Source of the DNA: Rhodosorus marinus CCMP1338
Lineage: Eukaryota > Plantae > Rhodophyta
Assembly (NCBI GenBank): GCA_029953675.1
Contig: JAMWBK010000004.1
Location: forward strand, 744,001 to 808,000
DNA: 64,000 nucleotides
Reading direction: 5' to 3'
Part shown: piece after piece, positions 1 through 9,881 of the stretch
Position numbering within the stretch: position 1 is the first letter of the stretch
Layout: each line of letters opens with the position of its first letter
Program-made: the position numbers and the translations under genes
The notes under the pieces: generated by a model
What the model was told of the DNA's origin: nothing
Seen by the model: only the letters and a program-made list of their open reading frames with translations
Database searches by the model: none

Positions 1-178
1 CCCCAAGCTTTGTCCTTGCCACCACCCATATTCGTCGTTCCAGCTCGTCCGTGGGCGTGGTCTTTACCGTTGCCGGACCTAATTATATCATCACCACGAG
101 CTCCAAAGACGAAGTCCCAACCCTCCTTTGAATGCAGGTAGTCGTCACCTCCGTTGCCGATTATCACATCATAACCGA
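1..178 (-). pseudogene. Fragment of an RTX-nonapeptide protein gene, paralog of 21436-22395; runs off the window edge and looks degenerate
   Basis: The minus frame reads VGYDVIIGNGGDDYLHSKEGWDFVFGARGDDIIRSGNGKDHAHGRAGTTNMGGGKDKAWG. This is colinear with ADLIFGNGGDDYIHSKQGWDFVYGGDGDDVIRAGNGKDYIYGGAGNDQINMGGGTDKAWG of the 21436 gene, with a 2-residue loss. A stop lies immediately upstream and no N-terminus was found. Confidence 0.6.
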
Positions 179-597
179 CTCATCCATCTTAGCACTGCCT
201 AATAATCGCCGCAGATGAACGTAACCAGGAACGCTCCCGGAAGAACTGCGAAGTGGAGCCCCCCTAAGGGTAAAGAAGGAACCTATCGTTGCGTTACAAA
301 CCCAAGAATAACCCCAGACGCCAGGAACCACCTCGGGCTGAGGATCAGATTCTTCGCTCCGCACTCGTGGTCAATCGTGGGATCGGTGACGAACCTGGTG
401 AACCCTGCTTGGTGGGTTAACTCCAGGTGGGCCTTTTGAACCCCCTTTCTTTTAAGCCCAGCCTCCCGTAAGTCCCCATGAAGCTGAGGGGAATGCTTGT
501 AGATATTTAAAGCATGTTTTGGTTCAAACTCGGCCTGGTTTCGAAAATAATTTAAGCCATTTAATTTCCCTAGATTTGTACAAATGGTGCACTTCCC

Positions 598-1998
598 TCA
601 CGGCAGGTCCAAGTAGCTGCAGGGTAGCTGGAACGGTGGAAATGCAGTCGCAGAGGCAATAAGCCCTACTAAGGCTCCATAGGCGCCAACAACACATATC
701 AAAACTGACAGGACGATCAAGAACGCGCAAGTCAGCTTCATGTAGATGCTCATTTCCTTGTTAAAAACAACCCAGTACGCGATGCATGGGAACAAGAACG
801 TCAGGATCGTGCTGCTGAAAGCTCCCGTCAGACCCACCAAGTCACCGATGAACGGGATGAGAAGCGCTAGGAACAGTTGCAGAGTCACGAGCGTCACCCT
901 GAGGAGTGTGCGGGTAACACCCGCTGGCATACCGTATGATATAGGTTTTCTCCAGCCGAGGAGTGGGATCTTCAGGATTGTTTGGATAGCCATCATCGAA
1001 ATAATGTTTCCGATGACGAGAGCTCCGAAGAAGGCGAGCAGCATGAGAACATTTCCGATGGTGACCGATACGTTCCAGGTAAAATTGTCGAAAATGTTGA
1101 GTTCTGCTTCAGTTCCGAACATGCCATAACCCAGGAACCCGACTACAATCATAGTAAATCCGAGCGTGGCGTAAGTCCAGTAAATCGACTGCTTGAACTT
1201 TTCTGGTTCTTTCATCTCCCTTCGGGCCTCTGGGAATATGGCATGACCTCCAAAAGCGAAACAGATTCCCGCGATTCCGTTGAAAACCGTGGTAACGTTT
1301 CCGATGTTGTAGCTGACCTCCTCAAGTCTTCCAGTGATGGCTATGTTCACCACGATCAGAACGAACAGCACCGTCATAGCAAACATACTGATTAGGTTAA
1401 CTCCGTAACTCTCATGGAACGTAGGCACCTGGGACAATACAACCGTGAATCCGTAGGAGATGACAATCCACCAGGTGTAGCACGGCTGAGGGAAGATCGC
1501 CTGGAAAAACTGGGCACAGAAACCCAGATTCGCCACGGAGATGAGAAAGTTTCCAATGGCTTGGGCAACCCATATTGTCCAGAAACCAGCTCGTCGCCCG
1601 TGTTTGCTCCCCTTGAAGAGCTTCGCGCCGACATACGCGCCCAAATCCGGATAACTCAGAATTTGTGGCTTACGTTCAGAAACTTTGTCCAGCATCAGAC
1701 CAGTGACAAGGCTGTGGGTCCAACCCCAAACCAGGACTACGACAGCCAGCACCCATCCCATGCCGGCGAAAAATCCGGGAACCATGAAGTAGTTGAGCGT
1801 CATCGCGGTAATCATAATGTAAGTTTTCCAAGGAGTAGATCGCCTCAATTTTTCTTCTTGTTCCTGCAGAAACGTATTAACACCTTCTGTGGCTTCTGCA
1901 CTACCATCCTTAATCGAAGTTTCCTCCGCATCATAGTCCGCATCGATATGCGGCTCCAGGTGCTCCGGATCCATGAAGTCCCGACCCATTTTTCCCAC
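598..1998 (-). CDS. Amino acid/auxin permease (AAAP, Aa_trans) family transporter, 466 aa, intronless
   Basis: Acidic N-terminal tail followed by about 11 hydrophobic segments. Motifs include SYPDLG, FAFGGHAIFPEARREMKEPEKF and LIPFIGDLVGLTGA. Confidence 0.92.
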   Translation of the reverse strand: MGKMGRDFMDPEHLEPHIDADYDAEETSIKDGSAEATEGVNTFLQEQEEKLRRSTPWKTYIMITAMTLNYFMVPGFFAGMGWVLAVVVLVWGWTHSLVTGLMLDKVSERKPQILSYPDLGAYVGAKLFKGSKHGRRAGFWTIWVAQAIGNFLISVANLGFCAQFFQAIFPQPCYTWWIVISYGFTVVLSQVPTFHESYGVNLISMFAMTVLFVLIVVNIAITGRLEEVSYNIGNVTTVFNGIAGICFAFGGHAIFPEARREMKEPEKFKQSIYWTYATLGFTMIVVGFLGYGMFGTEAELNIFDNFTWNVSVTIGNVLMLLAFFGALVIGNIISMMAIQTILKIPLLGWRKPISYGMPAGVTRTLLRVTLVTLQLFLALLIPFIGDLVGLTGAFSSTILTFLFPCIAYWVVFNKEMSIYMKLTCAFLIVLSVLICVVGAYGALVGLIASATAFPPFQLPCSYLDLP

Positions 1999-2384
1999 AA
2001 ACAGTAACGATACCCAAGCACCTTCTTACAAATTGCTCTTCGCAGTTCAACTTTGCAGCTCTTCTTGTGAGGCTCACCAAACATTCCAGTTGTAGGGGAT
2101 AAGCTCAAACTGCATCCATATATAGCTAGTGCTCTTGCTGCTGAGCGCTTGTTATACGTTCCACCCCTTCTAACGTCGAATCGATGCTGCATCAAGTACA
2201 TCTTTCTCCAACCTCGGAATGCCGCACAGCCTTGCGCTCCGCCTGGCGCCCAAAACGGTTTTTGTGCCTTTTTATATGCTTTTTTTATATTGTACGGTAA
2301 ACCAATCAACTCTGGAATGCTCCAAAGAGTTTCTAAAAATAGAGTTTGCTCACGTCCGTCCGGTTTTTCGATGTTCCAACTAGG

Positions 2385-2590
2385 AGCTTTATGGATTCGG
2401 TGGGTTCTCGCTGGCTTAGGGAATTGTTCCGCGAATACGTTGACCGTCTGCCCTCGTTGTTTACCCGTTTAAGTTTCTCGCTGGTGGAGCATGAACGCTG
2501 CTTTGATGTTGGAGCGCGATCTCTCGCCGCGCTTAGTGTATTTTTTTCCTCCTCAGTTTTTTTTGTTTCACCTTCCGATTAAACAAGTTT
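2385..2590 (+). mobile_element. Family A non-LTR 3'-end fragment (REL endonuclease C-terminus plus 3' UTR)
   Basis: Encodes FMDSVGSRWLRELFREYVDRLPSLFTRLSF, matching the end of ORF 25405-26016, followed by the T-rich tail ending ccgattaaac. Confidence 0.85.
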
Positions 2591-2639
2591 GTTTGATAAG
2601 GCAGGACAGTGGAGGACAATGGAGGTTTTTTTAAAAATC

Positions 2640-3010
2640 TAAACCACAACTGCTACGTGTTCACGAATGAGTATGTTCAATCGGAGACTGACAGAGAAAA
2701 CCCCGTTGGGAAAAAAAGACCATGGTGTGAAAGATATCGCGCCTCCAACATCTAAGCAGCGTTCATAGACTCCACGCCAAGGAACTGGAACTTAAGCGGG
2801 TAAACAACGAGGATTTACAGTCAGGGCGTTCGCGGAATGACTCCAGAAGGTCGACGAGTTCATGTTCGCCACAGCAGGAAATTGAAACGAGTAAACAACG
2901 AGGAGAGGCGGTCAGGACGTTCGCGGAACATCTCCCGAAGCCACCGAGCTCATATACACGCCACAGTAAGAAACTTAAAAACGAGTAAACAATGAGGAGA
3001 GAGGGTCAGG
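2640..3010 (-). mobile_element. Two or three stacked family A fragments, reverse strand
   Basis: Repeated reverse-complement core (aaacgagtaaacaacgaggagagg...gtcaggacgttcgcggaa) at about 2790-2850, 2885-2945 and 2975-3010. Confidence 0.7.
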
Positions 3011-3047
3011 ACACCCACACTCTATTTGAAGCCAAAGCACACATGGT

Positions 3048-3305
3048 GTTGTCCTGAAGAAAGAATTACCGCACCGGCAAAATGCCATAAACCGGAAAAT
3101 AAACACTCTGCACGCGAGCTGGAATTGTTGCAAATTACGCAAAAAGGGATAGGTTAATATAAAAAAAACGGTGTTCATGTCGGTAATAAACGGTAATTTT
3201 TTTGAGATCTTTCCCTGCCCGCAGCGAATCCGGCGAATCTGCAGGAATTGCTAAGGATTGAGAGAGAATCAGTCAATATCCGAGCCCATCAATAACAATC
3301 AATCA
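3048..3305. repeat. Dispersed repeat, second copy about 6465-6740; contains AATTACCG...CGGTAATT inverted 8-mers
   Basis: Both copies share gaattaccgcaccgg, ggtaataaacggtaatt, gcgaatc and atcagtcaatatc in the same order. Confidence 0.7.
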
Positions 3306-3354
3306 TTATTCTCTTCGTTTTGTTCTTCATTCATCTTCTCGAGGGGTTGGAATT

Positions 3355-3440
3355 CTGGCTCTGGCTCTGAATAGTGATCATTTCTAGGTGTGACAGACTG
3401 TCACTCTCGATTTAATGGTTTTTCTATATGCATGATGAAT
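3355..3440. repeat. About 85-bp dispersed repeat, second copy about 56935-57020
   Basis: tgaatagtgatcatttct...gacagactgtc...aatggttttt...tgcatgatgaatt occurs in both places. Confidence 0.7.
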
Positions 3441-3475
3441 TATACCGACCGTCGATTAGCGATAGATGGACGTGG

Positions 3476-4663
3476 TTTAATATCCTTCGTCCAAGTAGTG
3501 ATAGAGGGGCCAGATTGAGAAGGAGAAGAACAAGAGAGATTTCCAGTAAAGTCGAAAGTTGAAATTCTTGAGACGGGTGAGTTCTTAAGTGGATTGTCTC
3601 TATTTGCGTATTGGTGTGAGCTTCACCATCGAATCGCATAGAACGGTCAGCGAAAAGGAGTTTCACGAAAGCGGAATTGTTCGTGTCGAACACTCTTTCT
3701 CCGGTGATTTTGGAACGCGAAGTTCCATCAGATATTGCCCGTAGGATTCCAATAAGTTTGTACACTTAGTTTGTATATTCTTGGAACAGGAGGTGTAGAG
3801 CAGACAATGTACTGCGCGCATATAACTCTTTTATATATTGTCTTGGACTATCCCTGACTAGTCTGCTAACAAGCTTGTCTTATATGGGTCTCGCAGGGTT
3901 TCCTCCAAACAACTCTTAAGTCATCTCAGAGTCCATACGGTTGTGTTTAGATTTGACGCGAATGTTTCTTATCTACGGGCTGCACGTTTCATAGATTCCA
4001 TCAGCACGTTTCCGGGACATGTACTGGGATGTCAACTCTGTCAGCAAACATAGCAATGCTTGGTTACTTACAAGTCTTGGGTACACAGTCCTCATAGCCT
4101 AGTCGTCGGACCGTGGTCGATTTGCAGCTTGACCAGACCAATTTCTAACACTCATAAGCTTGGCTTATATGGGTCTCGCAGGGTTTCCTCCAAATTCCGC
4201 TAAACATTCGTGTCAAATCTAGACACAACCGTATGGACTCTTGAGATGACGTAGACATATGGACATGGTGTAATATCCTACGTCCCTTCAGGTTTATTCA
4301 GAGCCTAACTACCCTGAGAAGCGAGAGACAAGACGCTGATGACGCGCTTCTACGTCCGAGTAGTGATATATAGGGGATAGAGGATAGAGTGAGAAGGAGA
4401 AGAAGGACAAGAGAGATTTCCAGTAAAGGCAAAAGCTGAAATTCTTGAGACGGGTGAGTTCTTAAGTGGATTGTATCTATTTCGTATTGGTATGAGCTTC
4501 ACCATCGAATCGCATAGAACGGTCAGTGGGAAGGAGTTTCACGAAAGCGGAATTGTTCGTGTCGAACCCTCTTTCTCCAGCGATTTTGGAACACGAAGTT
4601 TCATCAGATATTGCCCGTAGGATTCCAATAAGCTTGTACACTAGGTTGTGTATTTCTTATAAC
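3476..4663. mobile_element. LTR-like direct repeats (3476-3788 and 4269-4663) around a non-coding ~480-bp interior; TRIM-like or solo-LTR pair
   Basis: The two copies share about 290 bp. The second starts TGTAATATCC and the first ends ...GGAACA (TG...CA termini). No coding capacity or clear PBS was found. Confidence 0.5.
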
Positions 4664-4889
4664 TTACGTCTGAAATAAAGGTCGGATCAAATTACCGCGT
4701 TTTGTGTTAACAGAATACATATCTCCGGTTACACTCGAATGCTCCATTGGTACGCGAATGTTTGCATCCAGAAGCGTTTCTGGTGTAAGTCCAGTTCCAG
4801 GACAACCATAGGCGAATCCACGGTGGGAGTAACCTATGATGTTTCCGATATTAATCGAGCTTGCAGAGGGGGAACTGAGGCGGTAGCAT

Positions 4890-5115
4890 TGTCGGACAGA
4901 GTCGGCTACTAACACAGAGGACTTGTAAGCCGTAGGTATGATTCGTAGTTTGTCAGCTACTGGAGTCATGAGGATCACGCCTGGTTAGGATTAGGGTTTT
5001 TGCACGCTTGCACCTGCATGAGCGTTTTCCCTAAGTCCAAAGATCTGAGAGCCCCTGGTATTGCATATAAAGTGATCCTAGAAGCCATCAAGTATGGTTG
5101 GTTCGGAATAAAAGA
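4890..5115. repeat. Unclassified ~225-bp dispersed repeat, second copy about 15095-15320
   Basis: Shared ggattagggttttt(g/c)acgcttgcacctgcatga...gtgatcctagaagccat(c/t)aagta(t/c)ggttggttcggaataaa. Confidence 0.75.
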
Positions 5116-5129
5116 GGGGATGAGCCGAT

Positions 5130-6079
5130 GATATAACGCATAGACCTTGTTTTGTTTAACAGGTTGTGAGCCCAGCTCACGTTTGAGCTGTGAAGAGGAC
5201 GGGGTTGATATTTGTGGTTGTAAGGAGGAATCGTGGAGGGAGATGCTGGTGATCGTTTGATTCTGCAAGCATTCATGAAATGCCCCCAGCTAGAGTCGCA
5301 CGAAGGCTACGTACGATGGGCAAATTCATGTCAAGTCACGTTTGGACGCTTTTCGGTTGACGAAACTGGTTTTTAGGGATGACGAGGAGATTGTCGACAC
5401 GGATCGGTTGTCATTAGTCGGATGTATAAAACTCACGCTTGGTGACACTCAACAACTCATGGTGGCTGAAGAGACAGAGCCCAGGATGCTATGGGAAAAG
5501 TTCGAGAAAATATATACCAATCGGACGCGGACGAACACAAAGCCCAGCTTTCTTTCCAACTGTACCATAGGAAAGCAAAGCTAGGCTTCGTTCGCCCGCG
5601 TCCGATTAGTATATATTTTCTATGGTACGGTGCTTTCCTATGGTACAGTTGGAAAGAAAGTTGGGCTTTGTTCGTCCGCGTCCGATTGGTATATATTTTC
5701 TCGAACTTTTCCCATATCATCCTGGGCTCTGTCTCTTCAGCCACCATGAGTTGTTGAGTGTCACCAAGCGTGAGTTTTATACATCCGACTAATGACAACC
5801 GATCCGTGTCGACAATCTCCTCGTCATCTCTAAAAACCAGTTTTGTCAACGGGCAAGCGTCCAAACGTGACTTGACATGGATTTGCCCATCGTCTGTAGA
5901 CTTCGTGCGATTCTAGCTGGGGGCATTTCATGAATGCTTGCAGAATCAAACGATCACCAGCATCTCCCTCCATGATCCCTCCCTACAACCACAAATATCA
6001 ACACCTGTCCTCCCCACAGTTTAAACGTGAGCTGGGCTCATAACCTGCTAAACAAAACTAGGTCTATGAGTGTTATATC
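5130..6079. mobile_element. Fold-back (palindromic) Ty1/copia 5' fragment: LTR end, PBS and start of gag, in two ~450-bp inverted arms
   Basis: Arms are 5130-5577 and 5631-6079. Opposite-strand ORFs 5342-5584 and 5457-5864 encode nearly the same gag-like peptide (EETEPRMLWEKFEKIY). Confidence 0.85.
6032..6045 (-). promoter_or_regulatory. Primer-binding site GGTTATGAGCCCAG directly after an LTR-like ...CA end; degenerate mirror copy at 5162-5175
   Basis: Complementary to CTGGGCTCATAACC, the anticodon stem-loop of initiator tRNA-Met. This is the half-tRNA priming mode established for Drosophila copia-type elements. Confidence 0.75.
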
Positions 6080-6084
6080 GCCTG

Positions 6085-6423
6085 GCTGGTACTGCGACCG
6101 ATCCCGTAACACATGCTGTACATGTATTAATCGGTCGCTCGCGTCGTACGTTGTCTCTGCAATAGAATAGAGCTCGACGTACCGAGCCTCCAACAATTGG
6201 AAAGCATCGTACAGTGATTCTCCTATCTTTGCTTTCCTATGATCAGCTGGAAAGAAAGTTGGGCTTAGTTCGTCCGCGTCCGATTGGTATATTTTCTCGA
6301 ACTTTTCCCATACCATCCTGGGGTCTGTCTCTTCGGCCACCATTAGTTGTTGAGTGTCACCAAGCGTGAGTTTTTTACACTCTCCGACTAATGACAACCG
6401 ATCCTTGTCGACGATCTCCTCGT
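6085..6423 (-). mobile_element. Copia gag fragment, un-folded version of the same family
   Basis: ORF 6038-6397 continues past the fold-back point (…RKAKIGESLYDAFQLLEARYVEL…), resembling the copia gag UBN2/Retrotran_gag_2 pattern. Confidence 0.7.
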
Positions 6424-6863
6424 GGTGGAGATGCCCGGCTTTCGTTTAACATTTTACAACAGATTTGTCCGGAACGAAGAATTACCGCACCGGTAAAATC
6501 TGCTACAAAGTAACTATCCTGAAAATACACACTAGGAAACACTAGGAATATGGGTGCTGAATCCCCAAAACTTATTCACAATAAACGTTCATTCTGAAAA
6601 AAAAGCGGATTGGTTTATATCGAAAAACGCGGTGTTTATACTGGTAATAAACGGTAATTGAGTTCTGCACCAGGTGCTGCGAATCTGTCACTAGGGTGTT
6701 GCGAGGAATATCAGTCAATATCCCCCTTCATCAATCAAAATTCCATTGGCGGTTTTGTTTTTTTGGTTGTTCTTTGGGTACGCATTGAATGCTTCGGATG
6801 CTCCACATGTTGTGAAACGAGGTGATTTGATCCGACTTTTATTTCAAACCGAAGTTTGCGGAG

Positions 6864-7993
6864 TCGGGTTGGGTGGGTTTATGGTTTATGATAGTGTGTT
6901 GTTCGTGTGGGAGGCGCTGCCTTCCGTCGTCTTTCCCCGGTTTTTTTTGGATGTGTGGCTTGTCGGCGGGCTTTCTCCCCTCCTCTTGGGTTGTGGTGGA
7001 GTTTTCGGGGTGCTTTGTATTGGGTAGTAGCCAGTTTTTTTGTGGGGCTTTTGCGGTGAAACTTCTTCCCTAACAAACCACCGGAACTGGCCGTCGTGCG
7101 TTCTTCAGAGGAGCCGCGACGAAGTACTTGGGAATAGGAGGGCCGAGAGACACTAGCAGGGGCAGGATTCGGCCCCAAGGAAAGCCCAGGGGGGTTTGGG
7201 CCGGAGTTTGGGAGGGGCACAGCAGAATTGGGCGGGATGGTCGAGTCGGACGCGCCGGACGACTGAAGGCAGGGCGGGGTGCAGACGCCAACTTTCTTTC
7301 CAACTGTACCATAGGAAAGCAAAGTTAGGCTTTGTTCGTCCGCGTCCGATTAGTATATATTTTCTATGATACGGTGCTTTCCTATGGTACAGTTGGAAAG
7401 AAAGTTGGGCTTTGTTCGTCCGCGTCCGATTGGTGCGTATTTTCTCGAACTTTTCCCATATCATCCTGAAGTCTGTCTCCTCAGCCACCATTAGTTGTTG
7501 AGTGTCACCGGAGCTCCCCCCAGCAGGAGCGGTGAGGGGGAGGACAGAGACACCCGCGTTAGCAGGAAAGTTCTCCACGTACGCAGTCAGCGAGGGCAGG
7601 CGGTTCTCCTGCGAAGCAACGACAAGAAGGCTGGTCAGTTTTGAGACGAGTATGTGCGACGACGCTTCGTCGTTGTTGCTGAGAGTGGCCTGGGTGCTGA
7701 ATGCGCCCACGCGCAGCTCCACGAGCGGAGAGACGGCAGCGCCGGCCACCGGAAGAGGTGAGGAGACCCCAGCCATCACACGAGAGTGTGGCGTGGAGAA
7801 GTTTCACTACAAAAGCCCCACAAAAACTGACTAATACCCTATACAAAGCACCCCGAAACCTCGAGCAAAACCCAAGAGGAGGAGAGAAAGCCCGCCGACA
7901 AGCCACACACCCAAAGAATCCCGGGGAAAAGAGGACGGAAGGCAGCGTCTCCCACGAACAAACACTTTGATAACCAAAACCCACCCAACCCAA
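6864..7993. mobile_element. About 200-bp inverted arms (6864-7068 and 7796-7993) enclosing an ORF1-like Ser/Pro-rich frame interrupted by a copia hairpin fragment (7287-7509)
   Basis: Opposite-strand ORFs share YKAPR...NPRGGEKARRQATHPK. The interior minus frame contains SYSQVLRR. Confidence 0.6.
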
Positions 7994-8171
7994 CACCATA
8001 AACCCTCACAAACCACCAGAAGACTTCTTCAAGTTAACCTGTGTGTAGTGTGAATACTTAGTGCCTTGTCTGGAGAATCGCTTAATGCGATTCACTCACG
8101 GGGTGGGACGCTTTGGTTCTCACGGGTGCGCTCTGTCTTTCTTGTAAAGACAGGAGTATGGAGACAGTGGT

Positions 8172-8510
8172 TTAAGGTTTGCAATGAAAGGAAATAGAAA
8201 GCAACCGATTGCAACAGCACGTCCCTATAAGCTCCCTCCAGGAGCGAAAACTGGACCGATGCTCGTCCGGTAAGGCGTTGCACCTACTGAACGCCTGTTC
8301 AAGACCATCATAGATACTCAAGAGCGGGGTCGGAAGAGCCACGGGGTCTTCTGTAGTCAGTGCTAGAGCAAAAAGGCAGACACTTCGCATCCAAAAGCTC
8401 ACCAAGGCACAAAGCGCGGTAGCCCAGGAGACGACCGCCGCGGGCGAGCATACCAGCCGGCGGCCTGCAACGCCAAATCCACCCAATCGTAACGGTAGCG
8501 AGACCTGGGC
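8172..8510 (-). mobile_element. Internal fragment of a CRE-type ORF2 (post-RT region)
   Basis: The minus frame reads SLPLRLGGFGV...SPAAVVSW, the LPxRxGGLG motif that follows the RT domain in these elements. Confidence 0.6.
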
Positions 8511-8558
8511 CCGTATTAATTCCCTGCCGGGAGCAGATTCAAGATCCAGAGGTTCATC

Positions 8559-8800
8559 TGGCTTTATTAGCTGCTAGAATGGCTTTATTAGCTGGGCTTT
8601 ACTAGCATAGCCTGAAGCGCTACGCAAGGCGTGAAAAGGAACTAAGAACTAGGGAGGGAAGCGTGCAAACCCAGGCGCCGATGCGCGCCTCGGCAAGCAT
8701 GCTGCTAGAATATCGCCACAGGGCGGCACTCAAACGCCAAGTACTCAGTAGGATGCTCAGCGAAATATTTCCGCAACCACTCTAAACCCGACTTATCCAC
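8559..8800 (-). mobile_element. Family B non-LTR 3'-end fragment with reiterated tail
   Basis: Reverse complement of ...ctgggtttgcacgcttccctccctagttcttagttccttttcacgccttgcgtagcgcttcaggctatgctagtaaagcc. Confidence 0.85.
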
Positions 8801-8809
8801 ATAACCAAA

Positions 8810-9775
8810 GCAGTGGGGGCTCTCCCATCGACAGAGTCATCGCGGACAAGGGGGAATCCAACCCCGGATCACCTGTTCCAGATCACCCGGGTATGAACCG
8901 ATTGTGGAGCTCACGCACTGATGTGATTCAGCATAGCCTCACCTGGGGCCGACATAGTGCAGCTCACGCAATCTTGCTCAACTCTCTCCTCACACCGCCT
9001 GCCACCGCCGCTCGCCTCTGCGGCCTGGGAGGCCATCTATCGCACGTGTGGTTAACCGCTTTGCCTTCGTCACTGGGACACCCTTTCGACGCCTTACAGT
9101 TCCGCACTGCCGCAAAGATCTACTTGGGTTTGCCACAAGCTCAGTGGCACTTTAATTGACCGTCTTTCCGTGAGTGATGTGAGAGTCGGATTGACGCGTG
9201 TGGTTACCATTTCTTAGGTTCATGCGGACTGCTGAGAGGTCTTCGTACGAGGCGTAACCCTCGTCCCAAGTACGTTCACAGCGAATGTTTGACTCGGGTA
9301 GGGCATATGGTTGAGGTGGAATCGGAACTGCCCAGATCGGTCTCGGACACGGCACAGCCTCGCTGCATCACAGATCTCCTCGTCTCCGACACTGTCGCCA
9401 GACGCTCAGCCTATATGGACCTCGCGATCATATGGTCTATGGCAAGCGCTCATCTCGCCTCTGCCGCCCGTCGCCGAGGAGCAGCCGCTTCGGCCCTTCG
9501 CCGAGTGAAGAACGACGGTATGCTGAGAGTATGGCCAGTCTGCCTTGCGCTGAGGGTCGTTCTCACAGGTTTCAGCCTTTCGTTGCGGAAACCTTTGGCC
9601 ACATGGATAAGTCGGGTTTGGAGTGGTTGCGGAAATGTTTTGCTGAGCATCCTATGGAATACTTGGAACTCTTACGCCGTTTCAGTGTCGCCCTGTGGGG
9701 ATACTCTAGCTGCATGCTTGCCGAGGCGCGCCATCGGCGCTTGGGTTTGCATGTTCCTCTCCCGAGTTCTTGGTT
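8810..9775 (+). mobile_element. Family B 5'-truncated copy (CCHC plus REL endonuclease region), degenerate
   Basis: Broken frames encode ARLCGLGGHLSHVWL, FQFRTAAKIYLGL, RSAYMDLAI and RFQPFVAETFGH, matching 35821-36640. Confidence 0.85.
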
Positions 9776-9881
9776 ACACGTTAGTCTGGGGCGAGATTTT
9801 TGTTCATTGAGGGTTTTCGGACTTTGAAATTTAAGTTCATTGACGCGAACTTGGAGTGTTTTACAAGGAGTTGATTTGGAA

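Noticed and set aside
190-440. Possible decayed permease C-terminus on the minus strand
   Set aside because: Only vague hydrophobic similarity with internal stops; not distinguishable from chance by eye.
746-2007. Plus-strand ORFs over the permease, with similar ones at 19387-19770
   Set aside because: Their conservation between loci is explained by the duplicated sense gene.
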